DNA of 64,000 nucleotides from Chloroflexota bacterium. GTDB taxonomy: Bacteria > Chloroflexota > Anaerolineae > Aggregatilineales > Phototrophicaceae. The stretch covers positions 425 to 64,424 of the forward strand of contig JAPOXG010000104.1 in NCBI GenBank assembly GCA_026707225.1, read 5' to 3'. The notes below the pieces were generated by a model that was given only the letters and a program-made list of their open reading frames with translations, did not search any database and was not told where the DNA came from. Positions 10,015 through 18,225 of this stretch are shown piece after piece; within the stretch, counting starts at the first letter, position 1; every line of letters begins with the position of its first letter. A program made the translations under genes and the position numbers.

Positions 10015-12154
10015 CCCGCGCGTAGCGCCGCAGCAAACTCTGGATCGCCTCCAGGAGCAGCCCACGCTGTTCAAAACCGCTTTCGCTGAGCTCGCTGTAA
10101 CCCAGATAGATCGCTTTGCGGCAGCGGCGCGTCAAAGCCAGCAGCAGCCGTCCCAGCGTCTCGCGACTCAGATTTCGCTCGTCCTCCTCAGTCCATAGCG
10201 CGCCCGGCGGCCAGCCCCGGCTCAAAACGTAGGGGTGGGTCAAGGGCTGAAACAGTCGCCGCGACCAACCGTCGCTGCCGATGTTAAGCCAGAACTGATA
10301 ATCTACCGCGCGGTTATTCAGCAAGAAGGTGTAGGCCGGCGCGATCAACAGGCCCTCTTCAGCATCCGCGATCCAATCCCGGAGATAGAAGTTGGCGATG
10401 ACGCCGCGGTCCACCATTTTCACATAATCCTGGCTCAAGTCGATTTGCTCATCGTAGCGGCTCATGAAGTCGAGGGACCAGCGGAATCCGCGGGCGGAAT
10501 CGACAAGATTCTGGGCGGTATTGCCGGCATCGACATCATCATGGAAACCGAAGCCAGCGCGCGCCAGCAAAGCGTCATACAGCCGCCGGAAGAAGATATC
10601 AATGGCATCGACCCGATCGCCGTCGATATAACGGTCAATCCAAGCCGCCAGCCGGTCATAGCGCTCGCCCAGATCAAAAGTGACGCGCTCTTGCATCGCG
10701 GTCGAGCGCACCTTGGCAAAGGGCAGCAGCCGACAATCCTGATAGAGCATCTCGGTCAACAGCTTGGCGCGGACCAGGTCAAGGTCTTTGATCGCGGCCA
10801 TCAGCGCGAAGACAATATCGAAATTGGTCGGCGGCATGTTCCAGTGCGGATGCGCCAGCCGCGCCAGCGTCAGCAAAGTTCGGGCGGCCGGTTCGTCGCG
10901 CAGCGCCCGCGACGGCCGGTGCGACCGCAGGGGGATCCCACGCTGCGCCAAGCCGTCCGCCAAGCCGAAACGGAGCGCGTCGGACATAAAGGGCGCCACG
11001 ATGACGATATCATTCGGCGAAACGTCACGCTCGTGGACTAATATGTCCACCTGCCGCGCCACCCAGTCCACCATGGCCGGATGGTAGCGATGCGCTTCTG
11101 TGATCAATGCAGGCGCCGGATCCGCATCCCTTTCCGCTTTGACTGGCAGACCAAGCTGCGCCCCCAACCCAGCGCCCAGGGCCGCCACCGCCTCCTCCAT
11201 AACGAAAGTCTCGTCAAGCGTCGCCTCAAGATCGCAGTTGTCGCGCAAGCTGCGCGCGCTATCCGGATCCGCACCCAAAAATCGGCGAAAGCCGGCGTCG
11301 CGGTCGTATATGATCAGCGCCGATTCGCAGCTTTGCAGCAATTCGTTTACAAAGAAATGAGAAGCGGGATTGTCTTCTTCGGCGCCGTCGACGATGAGAT
11401 GCTTGAAGCGCCCGCGCAGGTAAGCCCGCGCCAGCCCCGCCGCCCACACATAATCGCGGAAGACCTCCAGCTGCAACGAGAAATCCAGCAGATTATGCGC
11501 GAGACAGTATTTGCGAAAGGCGACCGCGCAGGTCTGCGCGTCATCAAAGATATGCGCCTGCTCCACCCCGCTGGCCAGCGCCGATTTCAGGCGGGCGCCG
11601 ATCTCGCTGATGGGGAAACCAACAATAGCCGCCTTATTCATATTGTCGACAATCTGGCTGTAGAGCCGCGGCCGATCAACCCGGACGCTGTTGAAATAAT
11701 CTCGCTGATCTACCAGCGGCTCGATTGCGCGCGTCATGAAATATTGCGCCAGTTCCAGGCTGAGGAAGTTCGGCAGATCCTGCGGATGCTTGAAACCAGC
11801 GTCGCCAGCGACCAGAAACCAGAACGTCTCCACCATCTGCAAAGACAAACTGCCGATCGTCTGCACCGAGACCTGACCGCCTCGATGCGCCGTCCAGCCG
11901 CGCAAGGCCGTAATATAAGGCTGCGCCAATGAACGCTGCGGCACGAAAATCAAGATCGATTCCGCTGGCACGCCACGCCCCAGCAGGTGCAAAACCCGCG
12001 CAGCGCCAACGCTCGTCTTACCGCCGCCGGCGACGCCCTCAAGCCAGATCTTGCCCTGAAGAGGCGCCGATACAAGCTTCCATTGCGCCGCGGTGAGTGG
12101 GCCCGACGCCTGATCAGCCAAGGTATGCCATCCCGTCACAAGAGAAACCTGCAA
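9998..12154 (-). CDS. AddB/RexB-like degenerate SF1 helicase-like protein lacking a nuclease domain
   Basis: Walker A GVAGGGKTS. The Walker B-like motif LIVDGAEEDN replaces DExQ. No clear motifs V/VI. It is first in an operon with the UvrD helicase and the PD-(D/E)XK nuclease. Confidence 0.6.
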   Translation of the reverse strand: MQVSLVTGWHTLADQASGPLTAAQWKLVSAPLQGKIWLEGVAGGGKTSVGAARVLHLLGRGVPAESILIFVPQRSLAQPYITALRGWTAHRGGQVSVQTIGSLSLQMVETFWFLVAGDAGFKHPQDLPNFLSLELAQYFMTRAIEPLVDQRDYFNSVRVDRPRLYSQIVDNMNKAAIVGFPISEIGARLKSALASGVEQAHIFDDAQTCAVAFRKYCLAHNLLDFSLQLEVFRDYVWAAGLARAYLRGRFKHLIVDGAEEDNPASHFFVNELLQSCESALIIYDRDAGFRRFLGADPDSARSLRDNCDLEATLDETFVMEEAVAALGAGLGAQLGLPVKAERDADPAPALITEAHRYHPAMVDWVARQVDILVHERDVSPNDIVIVAPFMSDALRFGLADGLAQRGIPLRSHRPSRALRDEPAARTLLTLARLAHPHWNMPPTNFDIVFALMAAIKDLDLVRAKLLTEMLYQDCRLLPFAKVRSTAMQERVTFDLGERYDRLAAWIDRYIDGDRVDAIDIFFRRLYDALLARAGFGFHDDVDAGNTAQNLVDSARGFRWSLDFMSRYDEQIDLSQDYVKMVDRGVIANFYLRDWIADAEEGLLIAPAYTFLLNNRAVDYQFWLNIGSDGWSRRLFQPLTHPYVLSRGWPPGALWTEEDERNLSRETLGRLLLALTRRCRKAIYLGYSELSESGFEQRGLLLEAIQSLLRRYARDGQNV

Positions 12155-12335
12155 ACGATTATATGGCGACTCCGCGTGGGCTGCGATATTCTCTCGTTGA
12201 GCGTAAATTGCCTCTTGAAATAGGATAGCACATTTGTTTTATTCTGCATGATCGGGACCCCATACCGGTGCAAAGCCGCCTCAGCGCTTCGATCCAGCGC
12301 AACGCGGCAGAATTCAGCAATTTACAGCTTTACTA

Positions 12336-12364
12336 TTGCACAATCCAAGCAAACGCGCTATAGT
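12336..12364 (+). promoter_or_regulatory. Candidate sigma70-type promoter of the wHTH-parA-parB operon
   Basis: TTGCAC (12336-12341), 17-nt spacer, TATAGT (12359-12364). GGAG lies 11 nt before the ATG at 12407. Confidence 0.35.
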
Positions 12365-12406
12365 TATATTGTATCTATACTGTTCAATATCGGAGCCGAC
12401 TTGCTT

Positions 12407-12667
12407 ATGTCACAGGATCACCGTCCGCGTTCCGAGACCCGGCAGTTGATGATTGACATCGTCGCGCGCAGCGAGCGCCCACTGACGCGGACTGAGATCG
12501 TCAACCGACTCAATCGGAAGAAAACGCCGCACCTCATCAATATGATGGACGCATTGGTGGATGAAGGCGTTTTTCGGCGCAGCATTGTCACCTTCAACAA
12601 CGGCGTTACCGGTTACGAATACTCGATAGCCCGGGGCTTGCGCGAGGGAGTAGGCAGACCATCATGA
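12407..12667 (+). CDS. Small winged-helix/HTH protein, first gene of the partition operon
   Basis: 86 aa. The segment [32 protein letters not shown] looks like a MarR/wHTH recognition unit. The stop overlaps the parA start (ATGA). Confidence 0.5.
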   Translation: MSQDHRPRSETRQLMIDIVARSERPLTRTEIVNRLNRKKTPHLINMMDALVDEGVFRRSIVTFNNGVTGYEYSIARGLREGVGRPS

Positions 12668-13461
12668 AGATCATTACACTCCTGAACGAAAAAGGCGGGG
12701 TGGGCAAGACCACGCTCGCCACACATCTTGCCGCTGGTTTAGCGATCCGTGGAAAACGCGTCATCCTCGTTGACGCCGACCCCCAGGGGCATGCCACCAT
12801 TGCCTTCGGTTTATCGAAGGAACCGGGCTTCTACGATCTTATCGTGCGCAACGCGGCCTTCCAGAAGGTGCTGCGCCCGGTGCCGCCGGAGCGCTTCAAT
12901 GTGCCTGACGAAGCCAACAATACAAGCGGGCAGTTATTGGTTGTGCCGTCAAACATTGAGACGCGCAGCATCGCCGGAAACATATCCGATGCCTTTACCG
13001 TTTTGAAGCGCTTCAATCAATTGCGTAACGCGATCGATTTCGTATTTTTTGATACGTCGCCAACCCCGTCCTTGCTGCATTCTTCCATCTATATGGCGAC
13101 AGACGGCATCATCTATCCGACCAAATGCGAGGCTTGGAGCTTTGATGGGCTGCGAGAAAGCCTGACGCATAAAGACCAGTTCAGCCCCATTCGACAGCAA
13201 TACAATTTGAACGATATCAAAGTCCTCGGCGTAGTGCCGACCATGTACCGCGGCCGGACGCTCGAACACCAGGACAACTTGCGCCGCCTGCAAGATACAT
13301 TCGGCAGCCTGGTCTGGAAGCCGCTTCCGGTGCGCACCATCTGGACAGAAGTCGCGAGCGCCCGGCGCACTGTCTTCTCGCTCGCGCCCGGCAGCAGCAC
13401 GGCCGAAGATGCCTGGCGCCTGGTCGAGCAGTTGGAGGAACGGATGTATGAGCAGTCGTGA
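12664..13461 (+). CDS. parA: ParA/Soj-family partition ATPase
   Basis: Deviant Walker [17 protein letters not shown], followed by [10 protein letters not shown] and FDTSP. Confidence 0.9.
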   Translation: MKIITLLNEKGGVGKTTLATHLAAGLAIRGKRVILVDADPQGHATIAFGLSKEPGFYDLIVRNAAFQKVLRPVPPERFNVPDEANNTSGQLLVVPSNIETRSIAGNISDAFTVLKRFNQLRNAIDFVFFDTSPTPSLLHSSIYMATDGIIYPTKCEAWSFDGLRESLTHKDQFSPIRQQYNLNDIKVLGVVPTMYRGRTLEHQDNLRRLQDTFGSLVWKPLPVRTIWTEVASARRTVFSLAPGSSTAEDAWRLVEQLEERMYEQS

Positions 13462-14656
13462 GCGCCGGCGCAAAATTCAGGACGAAGAAAACCTGCTGTT
13501 CGCCAATCCCAATACGCTCGATCCCAAGACCGCCGACGCCATCGGTTTTGGCTTGGGAGAATTGGGGTTGGAGATCGCCGCGGCGGATAGCGAATTTCAG
13601 CCTATCGAAGCGGTCAGCATTCATGAAATCCATCCGAATACCATCCAGCCGCGCTACAGCATCCCGCACAATCTCACCGATATTTTCGCCTTCAATCCCA
13701 AAAACATCGTCGACATTTTTGAACGCTGGATCATCGAGATACAGCTTGAAAAAGGGCAGCAGGATTATGACATCATCAACTTCCTTTTGGGGAGTGCAAC
13801 CGCCCGCGGCGAGCGCGTCGAGAGCGACGATGGAGAGGCGCCGCCTGCAAACCAGTTGGCGTCCGGCAAAGAATTCGCGCTGATGAAATTGATCGACTTG
13901 GCCGCCAGCATTCGCCGCGACGGCTTGTCCAATCCGATCAGCCTGGTGCAGCATGACGACCGCTATGAGATTGAAACCGGAGAGCGGCGCTGGCTCGCGT
14001 ATCACATCCTGTATTGGAAATTCGGCGACGGCGATAAACGCCCGGACGGCAGCGTTGTAAACTGGTCGCGCATTCCAGCCCGTATTGTGAACCAGGTCGA
14101 TGTCTGGCGGCAGGCGAGCGAGAATAACGCGCGGGACAATCTCAACGCCGTCAGCCGCGCGCGGCAATTGGCGCTTCTGCTGATGGACCTGCATGGCTGG
14201 CAGAATTTCAGCAAACTCGACGCCTGCGACAACGAGCAAGCCTTTTACGCCCAAGTCGCTGACGGTTCGACCTGGCGCATCCCTCGCGGCCAGGGCGAAC
14301 GCCTGCTCAATGCCATGGGGCTATCCGATGCGAGCCAGCTCCGTCAATACCGGGCGCTGTTGCGTCTGCCCGGCGAGTTGTGGCGCAAAGGCGACGATGA
14401 AGACTTGAGCGAAGGCGAATTGCGCAAGATGCGCGCCGCTCTCGATACCGTTACACGTGTAACGGTAGCACGAGCAAAGCGCAAGAAAGACACGATCGCC
14501 CGCCTTGCCGCCGATGCCACTCAATGGCGCAACAAACTGCGCAAAGAGATTGACTCCGTCGATCTGGACAACCGACCAAAGATTCGTAAGCTGATAGAAG
14601 CCGAGATTCGACAGCTCCTCCGCTTGATGGCTGATATCGACGAATCCAGCGACTGA
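13448..14656 (+). CDS. parB: ParB/Spo0J-like protein with a large insertion in the N-terminal domain
   Basis: Box-like motifs IHPNTIQPR and IETGERRW (GERRxRA-type CTP/arginine patch) are separated by roughly 90 aa. [20 protein letters not shown] is an HTH-like segment. The C-terminus is coiled-coil-like. The start overlaps the parA stop. Confidence 0.8.
   Translation: MSSRERRRKIQDEENLLFANPNTLDPKTADAIGFGLGELGLEIAAADSEFQPIEAVSIHEIHPNTIQPRYSIPHNLTDIFAFNPKNIVDIFERWIIEIQLEKGQQDYDIINFLLGSATARGERVESDDGEAPPANQLASGKEFALMKLIDLAASIRRDGLSNPISLVQHDDRYEIETGERRWLAYHILYWKFGDGDKRPDGSVVNWSRIPARIVNQVDVWRQASENNARDNLNAVSRARQLALLLMDLHGWQNFSKLDACDNEQAFYAQVADGSTWRIPRGQGERLLNAMGLSDASQLRQYRALLRLPGELWRKGDDEDLSEGELRKMRAALDTVTRVTVARAKRKKDTIARLAADATQWRNKLRKEIDSVDLDNRPKIRKLIEAEIRQLLRLMADIDESSD
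14446..14467. promoter_or_regulatory. parS-like 22-bp perfect palindrome inside the 3-prime part of parB
   Basis: TACCGTTACACGTGTAACGGTA. The 16-bp core CGTTACACGTGTAACG matches canonical parS TGTTNCACGTGAAACA at the central GTTnCACGTGnAAC positions. Confidence 0.6.
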
Positions 14657-14685
14657 TTCACCAGCGCGACCTTCTCAACATCCGC

Positions 14686-14713
14686 CAAACAAAAAGCGCA
14701 TCCGTGGATGCGC
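14686..14713 (-). terminator. Rho-independent terminator downstream of the PrimPol gene
   Basis: GCGCATCC/GGATGCGC 8-bp stem (14696-14713), followed on the minus strand by TTTTTGTTTG. Confidence 0.5.
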
Positions 14714-14732
14714 CTCCTCCAGACCGATCTTA

Positions 14733-14753
14733 ACCGTTACACGAGTAACGGTA
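14733..14753. promoter_or_regulatory. Second parS-like palindrome (one mismatch) in the parB/PrimPol convergent intergenic region
   Basis: ACCGTTACACGAGTAACGGTA differs from the 14447-14467 site at a single central base. Confidence 0.55.
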
Positions 14754-14794
14754 TCGACCGCCTATTCATCTGCTCGTCAAGCCGAGCGCTACAC

Positions 14795-16846
14795 TCAAGC
14801 CAATGAACGCGCCAGCAGATCCAAGCCCTGATCCGCATCGCCTGCATGCAGCGCATGACGCGCCAGTGACAACATCACGTCTTTGTACGAGCTGCGCAGC
14901 GCCAGGTAAACGTTCCCATTGCCATGCTCCTTCAGCATCCGGTACGCGATGCCGCGGCGCGCCGGCCGCCGCACTTCCGAGCCCGCTTCATCGCGCGCGA
15001 ACAAATAGCCGCTGATCGTCTCCGCCACTTTATCCTCGGCCACGCGTTGGTCCACACTGTCGAAAAACAACTGTATCCTTTCGTATTTCAGCGCAGACGC
15101 CCGTGTTCGCGCCGCATCCATCGCATTCCCCAGGCGCCGCATCAGTCCCCCTTCCCTGGCTGACTCCCCTCTCAATACCAGCAAGCGACTAAATTGGCGC
15201 AGCGACACATTCTCATACTGAACCGCGGGCATGGGCTCCTGGCCCAAACTAAACACCGAGCCCTGCCTGATGCAAATCCGCGCCTCTGCTTCCCCCGCCC
15301 GTAACAGCTTCGCGCCCAGATGCCGCCAGCCTGGCATGCGTGAACCGTCGCCAGCCTCAAGCCAAAAGCCATTGGTTGTGTTCTTCCGCGCTCGCCAGCC
15401 ACGCTTTGGCAAACGCGCCAACGCCTCCCCAGTCAGCCTTAGCCGGCCAACGCATGCGGTCACCTTCACCTGTAACCTTCGGTTGTAACGACGGATCGTC
15501 CGCTCATTCAAACCCAAGCGGCCAGCCAACACCCGCAACGAAGATTTCGGCGACAAGCGCTGAATGTACTCCCGGTGCATCGCAACTCGATACGCTTTTG
15601 CCGATCTGACATCCTCAATTCCAATGCGATCGCTTGGTGACCGCCTCACATTCATCACGCCTAGCAGCCGCGCCACCGACGGCGCCTGGAAAGCCAGCTC
15701 CACCGGTCGACCTCGCTTGCGCGACTTAAGTCCCCCAATGTCCAAGTATTCTACATATCTTCTACCGATAATATGCCTGCCGTCAAAGCTGCTGTAGTCA
15801 CCGGTTAGGGCCTGCAACACACTCTTCCTGCTCAAGCCAAAGTCTTGCCCCAGCTTTACCGCGTCCTTTAAGGTGAAAAAACTTTCACTCTCCCAGCCCG
15901 CTAGATTCAATATGTCTAAGAATCGAGCGGTCACTGTTGATCCTTGCGCATCCAATAATCTTTCGCGCACCGTATTAGGCAGCCCCGATAATCTGTCTTC
16001 TCTCCCTCGACCAATCCTGTAAGCGCTGCCGATGGTCCGCTTGCCTTCATGCCAGCGCTCCGCCCAGGTCTCATGTTTATGTCCCGGGCGACTAGGGGTC
16101 TCACAATGTACACGAAGTAGGGTCCGCTCTACATCAGCTATCGGCTTGTTATGTTCATTGGCCAGTGACGCAACGCGGTAGAGGGCGTTGTTCCGACCCA
16201 TACGAGCCGCGAGACGGTGGTACAGGCTTTTGAAGTCCGCGGCCTTTACCTCATTGATTCGCTGCCTCGCTCCGGTCACAGAGGCGGCGTTTACATGAAA
16301 GTAGTTGAGAATCTGATCGACGTCTGCTCTATCCAACTCGAGCTCAGCAATAGCTCTGGCGCATCGATATACATGATCCCCAATCACTGACGGTGGCGCC
16401 ACGACATAAGACCGTTCCGCCTTGATATCGCCTCCATCGAACTGATGGCTGGGCACCTTTTCCACGGTGCGATAATAGAGATGAAAGCCGCGTTTCGTCT
16501 TCACCGTGTAGGTATCCGCATACTGCGGGAGATGGCGGCAAAAGCGCTGGTAACGCAGCCCATCGTCAAAGTCGATCACGAGAAGCTTCGACACGCGGCC
16601 ACAGACGATGCCCAACGCTGTCACGTTATTGATGAAGCCGCGCTCAATCTCGGCCTCGGACGCGAGCCGGCACTGGTAGATCCGCCAGCTGACCGCAGGC
16701 CTCTTCGGCTCCGCCGGCGCATTATTTCCGTGGACCGGGATCACTGAATAGCCAGCTTGCGCCAATCTTTTCGCCCGCTCGATCAATTGCTTTTGCAGAG
16801 AATTTTCGTTCATTTGACTTGTTTTCTTCCACCAACTTCTGTTCAT
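14795..16846 (-). CDS. Bifunctional primase-polymerase (AEP/PrimPol) domain protein with a long HTH-rich C-terminal region; putative replication initiator
   Basis: AEP motifs: LLVIDFDD (DxD), KRGFHLYY (sxH), GGDIKAERSYVVAPPS. No Walker A or helicase domain. The C-terminal 450 aa are Arg-rich with HTH-like segments (LGLNERTIRRYNRRL). An alternative start is at 16813. Confidence 0.8.
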   Translation of the reverse strand: MNRSWWKKTSQMNENSLQKQLIERAKRLAQAGYSVIPVHGNNAPAEPKRPAVSWRIYQCRLASEAEIERGFINNVTALGIVCGRVSKLLVIDFDDGLRYQRFCRHLPQYADTYTVKTKRGFHLYYRTVEKVPSHQFDGGDIKAERSYVVAPPSVIGDHVYRCARAIAELELDRADVDQILNYFHVNAASVTGARQRINEVKAADFKSLYHRLAARMGRNNALYRVASLANEHNKPIADVERTLLRVHCETPSRPGHKHETWAERWHEGKRTIGSAYRIGRGREDRLSGLPNTVRERLLDAQGSTVTARFLDILNLAGWESESFFTLKDAVKLGQDFGLSRKSVLQALTGDYSSFDGRHIIGRRYVEYLDIGGLKSRKRGRPVELAFQAPSVARLLGVMNVRRSPSDRIGIEDVRSAKAYRVAMHREYIQRLSPKSSLRVLAGRLGLNERTIRRYNRRLQVKVTACVGRLRLTGEALARLPKRGWRARKNTTNGFWLEAGDGSRMPGWRHLGAKLLRAGEAEARICIRQGSVFSLGQEPMPAVQYENVSLRQFSRLLVLRGESAREGGLMRRLGNAMDAARTRASALKYERIQLFFDSVDQRVAEDKVAETISGYLFARDEAGSEVRRPARRGIAYRMLKEHGNGNVYLALRSSYKDVMLSLARHALHAGDADQGLDLLARSLA

Positions 16847-17102
16847 CGCTTGCCATGATTTGGCAGAACGGTTATGCTAAAAGCTAAGCAGACTGCTCCA
16901 CAAAGTGGGCAGATGCAGACCTAAGCTGGATCGGCTGCTGCGCATACACCGGCCGATCCTCTTTATGAGCGCTACATGACTAGCTTGACTTTGGAGAAGG
17001 GGAAAGGTTCCCTTCATTTTCGTTTCCGGTTGCCGCGGAAGAGCCGCTCAGAAAGCGACGATTGGTCTTGTGAAATGCAGAAATATTGCAGGCGAATCTC
17101 GC

Positions 17103-17131
17103 GTGACAGTCCGGCGAATCTATGCTAGAAT
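17103..17131 (+). promoter_or_regulatory. Candidate orphan sigma70-type promoter
   Basis: GTGACA (17103-17108), 17-nt spacer, TAGAAT (17126-17131). It is flanked by a 9-bp direct repeat GGCGAATCT at 17091 and 17113. Confidence 0.35.
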
Positions 17132-17137
17132 AGCGTC

Positions 17138-17210
17138 AAGATTTAAACGATCTTGACTTCCCTACTGGTGCAGGGAAATCGATCCAAAGCGAGCTTTTAG
17201 CTCGTTTTTT
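17138..17210 (+). ncRNA. Candidate ~70-nt structured small RNA (possible countertranscript to the PrimPol mRNA leader)
   Basis: It lies between the candidate promoter and an intrinsic terminator. Hairpins: GTCAAGAT/ATCTTGAC (17135-17157), TTCCCT/AGGGAA (17158-17177), CGAGC/GCTCG plus T6 (17190-17210). There is no ORF. Confidence 0.3.
17189..17210 (+). terminator. Rho-independent terminator with no upstream protein gene
   Basis: GCGAGC-TTTTA-GCTCGT stem-loop followed by TTTTTT (17205-17210). Confidence 0.5.
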
Positions 17211-17232
17211 GTTGCGCTCCATATATCTATAC

Positions 17233-17261
17233 AGTATACAAGTGTTTGAGGCAGCGGGCAA
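17233..17261 (-). promoter_or_regulatory. Candidate promoter for a long-leader PrimPol transcript
   Basis: On the minus strand: TTGCCC (17261-17256), 17-nt spacer, TATACT (17238-17233). This would give a leader of about 380 nt that is complementary to the candidate sRNA. Confidence 0.3.
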
Positions 17262-17391
17262 GAACTTCTTACGGGAATTCTGAATTTGCTCTAGTTTGCG
17301 GATGCTGTGATCGGTGCTGGAACGTATGTACTATTGAATGCCTTGGAGTATTGCCTCAGGTTAGGGCTGCATCGGTAATAGGTGAGAACGT

Positions 17392-18192
17392 TTAAGTGAG
17401 ATTGTCGTATACAGCCAGAGGCGTGGCCGCCATTAAGCCCCCATCAACAGGCAAGACGACGCCCGAGATCCAGCGAGCGTCATCGCTAGCGAGAAAGAGC
17501 GCGGCCCGGGCGATGTCCCAAGCATTGCCTTCGCTGCCCAGCGGCGTCACATTTTGGCGCAAGCGGCGCTTTTCTTCGGAGATATGTCGGACGAATGGCG
17601 CGTAGATGTGACCAGGCGCGATGCAGTTGGCGCGGATATTGTCGCGGCCGTGATGCACGGCGATCACGCGGGCCAAGTGGGCTACGCCCGCTTTGGTTAC
17701 GGCGTAGGGCACGTTCGGATGCATGCCGGCGCGCAAGCCGTCGATGGACGAGATATTGATGATTGAGCCGCCGCCAGTCGCTTTCATCAGCGGTATCGCG
17801 TATTTGCAAGCCAGCATCATGCTGCGTAGATTGATGGCGAATATCTGATCTAAGGCATCGCTGCTGACGTCGGCTACCTTGCCGGCGCCAGGGGCGGCGA
17901 CGTTGTTAAAGAGAATGTCCAGACCGCCGTGACGCTCCCGGCAAGCCTCCACCATCGCCCGACAGTCGTCTTCGCTGGTGACATCGGCTATGAAGAGGGA
18001 CGCCTTGCCGCCATCCTGGAGGATTTCGTCTTCGGTCACTTCGGCGCGCTGCCGGTTGTTATCCACCAAGACAACAGTGGCGCCGTGCTGCGCGAACAGT
18101 TTCGCGGTCGCGTAGCCTGTGCCGGCCGGTTCGCCACGTGAGCCAGCGCCAACAACAAGGGCGATTTTGTCTTGCAGTCGTTCTTTGCCCAT
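17392..18192 (-). CDS. SDR-family oxidoreductase
   Basis: VVGAGSRGEPAGTG variant of TGxxxGxG, NNVA motif, catalytic S...YxxxK (YAVTKAG). Confidence 0.9.
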   Translation of the reverse strand: MGKERLQDKIALVVGAGSRGEPAGTGYATAKLFAQHGATVVLVDNNRQRAEVTEDEILQDGGKASLFIADVTSEDDCRAMVEACRERHGGLDILFNNVAAPGAGKVADVSSDALDQIFAINLRSMMLACKYAIPLMKATGGGSIINISSIDGLRAGMHPNVPYAVTKAGVAHLARVIAVHHGRDNIRANCIAPGHIYAPFVRHISEEKRRLRQNVTPLGSEGNAWDIARAALFLASDDARWISGVVLPVDGGLMAATPLAVYDNLT

Positions 18193-18225
18193 TCGTTTCC
18201 CTTAGGTAATTCTTAGATTGGCGGC

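Noticed and set aside
13217-14254. 345-aa minus-strand ORF across parA/parB
   Set aside because: It is antisense to the ParA/ParB genes, which carry clear motifs. It has no motifs of its own. It is a high-GC shadow ORF.
12155-17391. Prophage or integrative element with recombinase
   Set aside because: I found no integrase, transposase, tRNA attachment site or clear direct-repeat boundaries in the window. The composition of the module is close to that of the flanks. I therefore describe it as a replication/partition module of uncertain status rather than calling it a defined mobile element.
18059-18067. DnaA-box-like TTATCCACC near the replication module
   Set aside because: It is a single copy with 8 of 9 matches, inside the SDR coding sequence. 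There is no cluster of boxes or adjacent AT-rich unwinding element. It is most likely chance.
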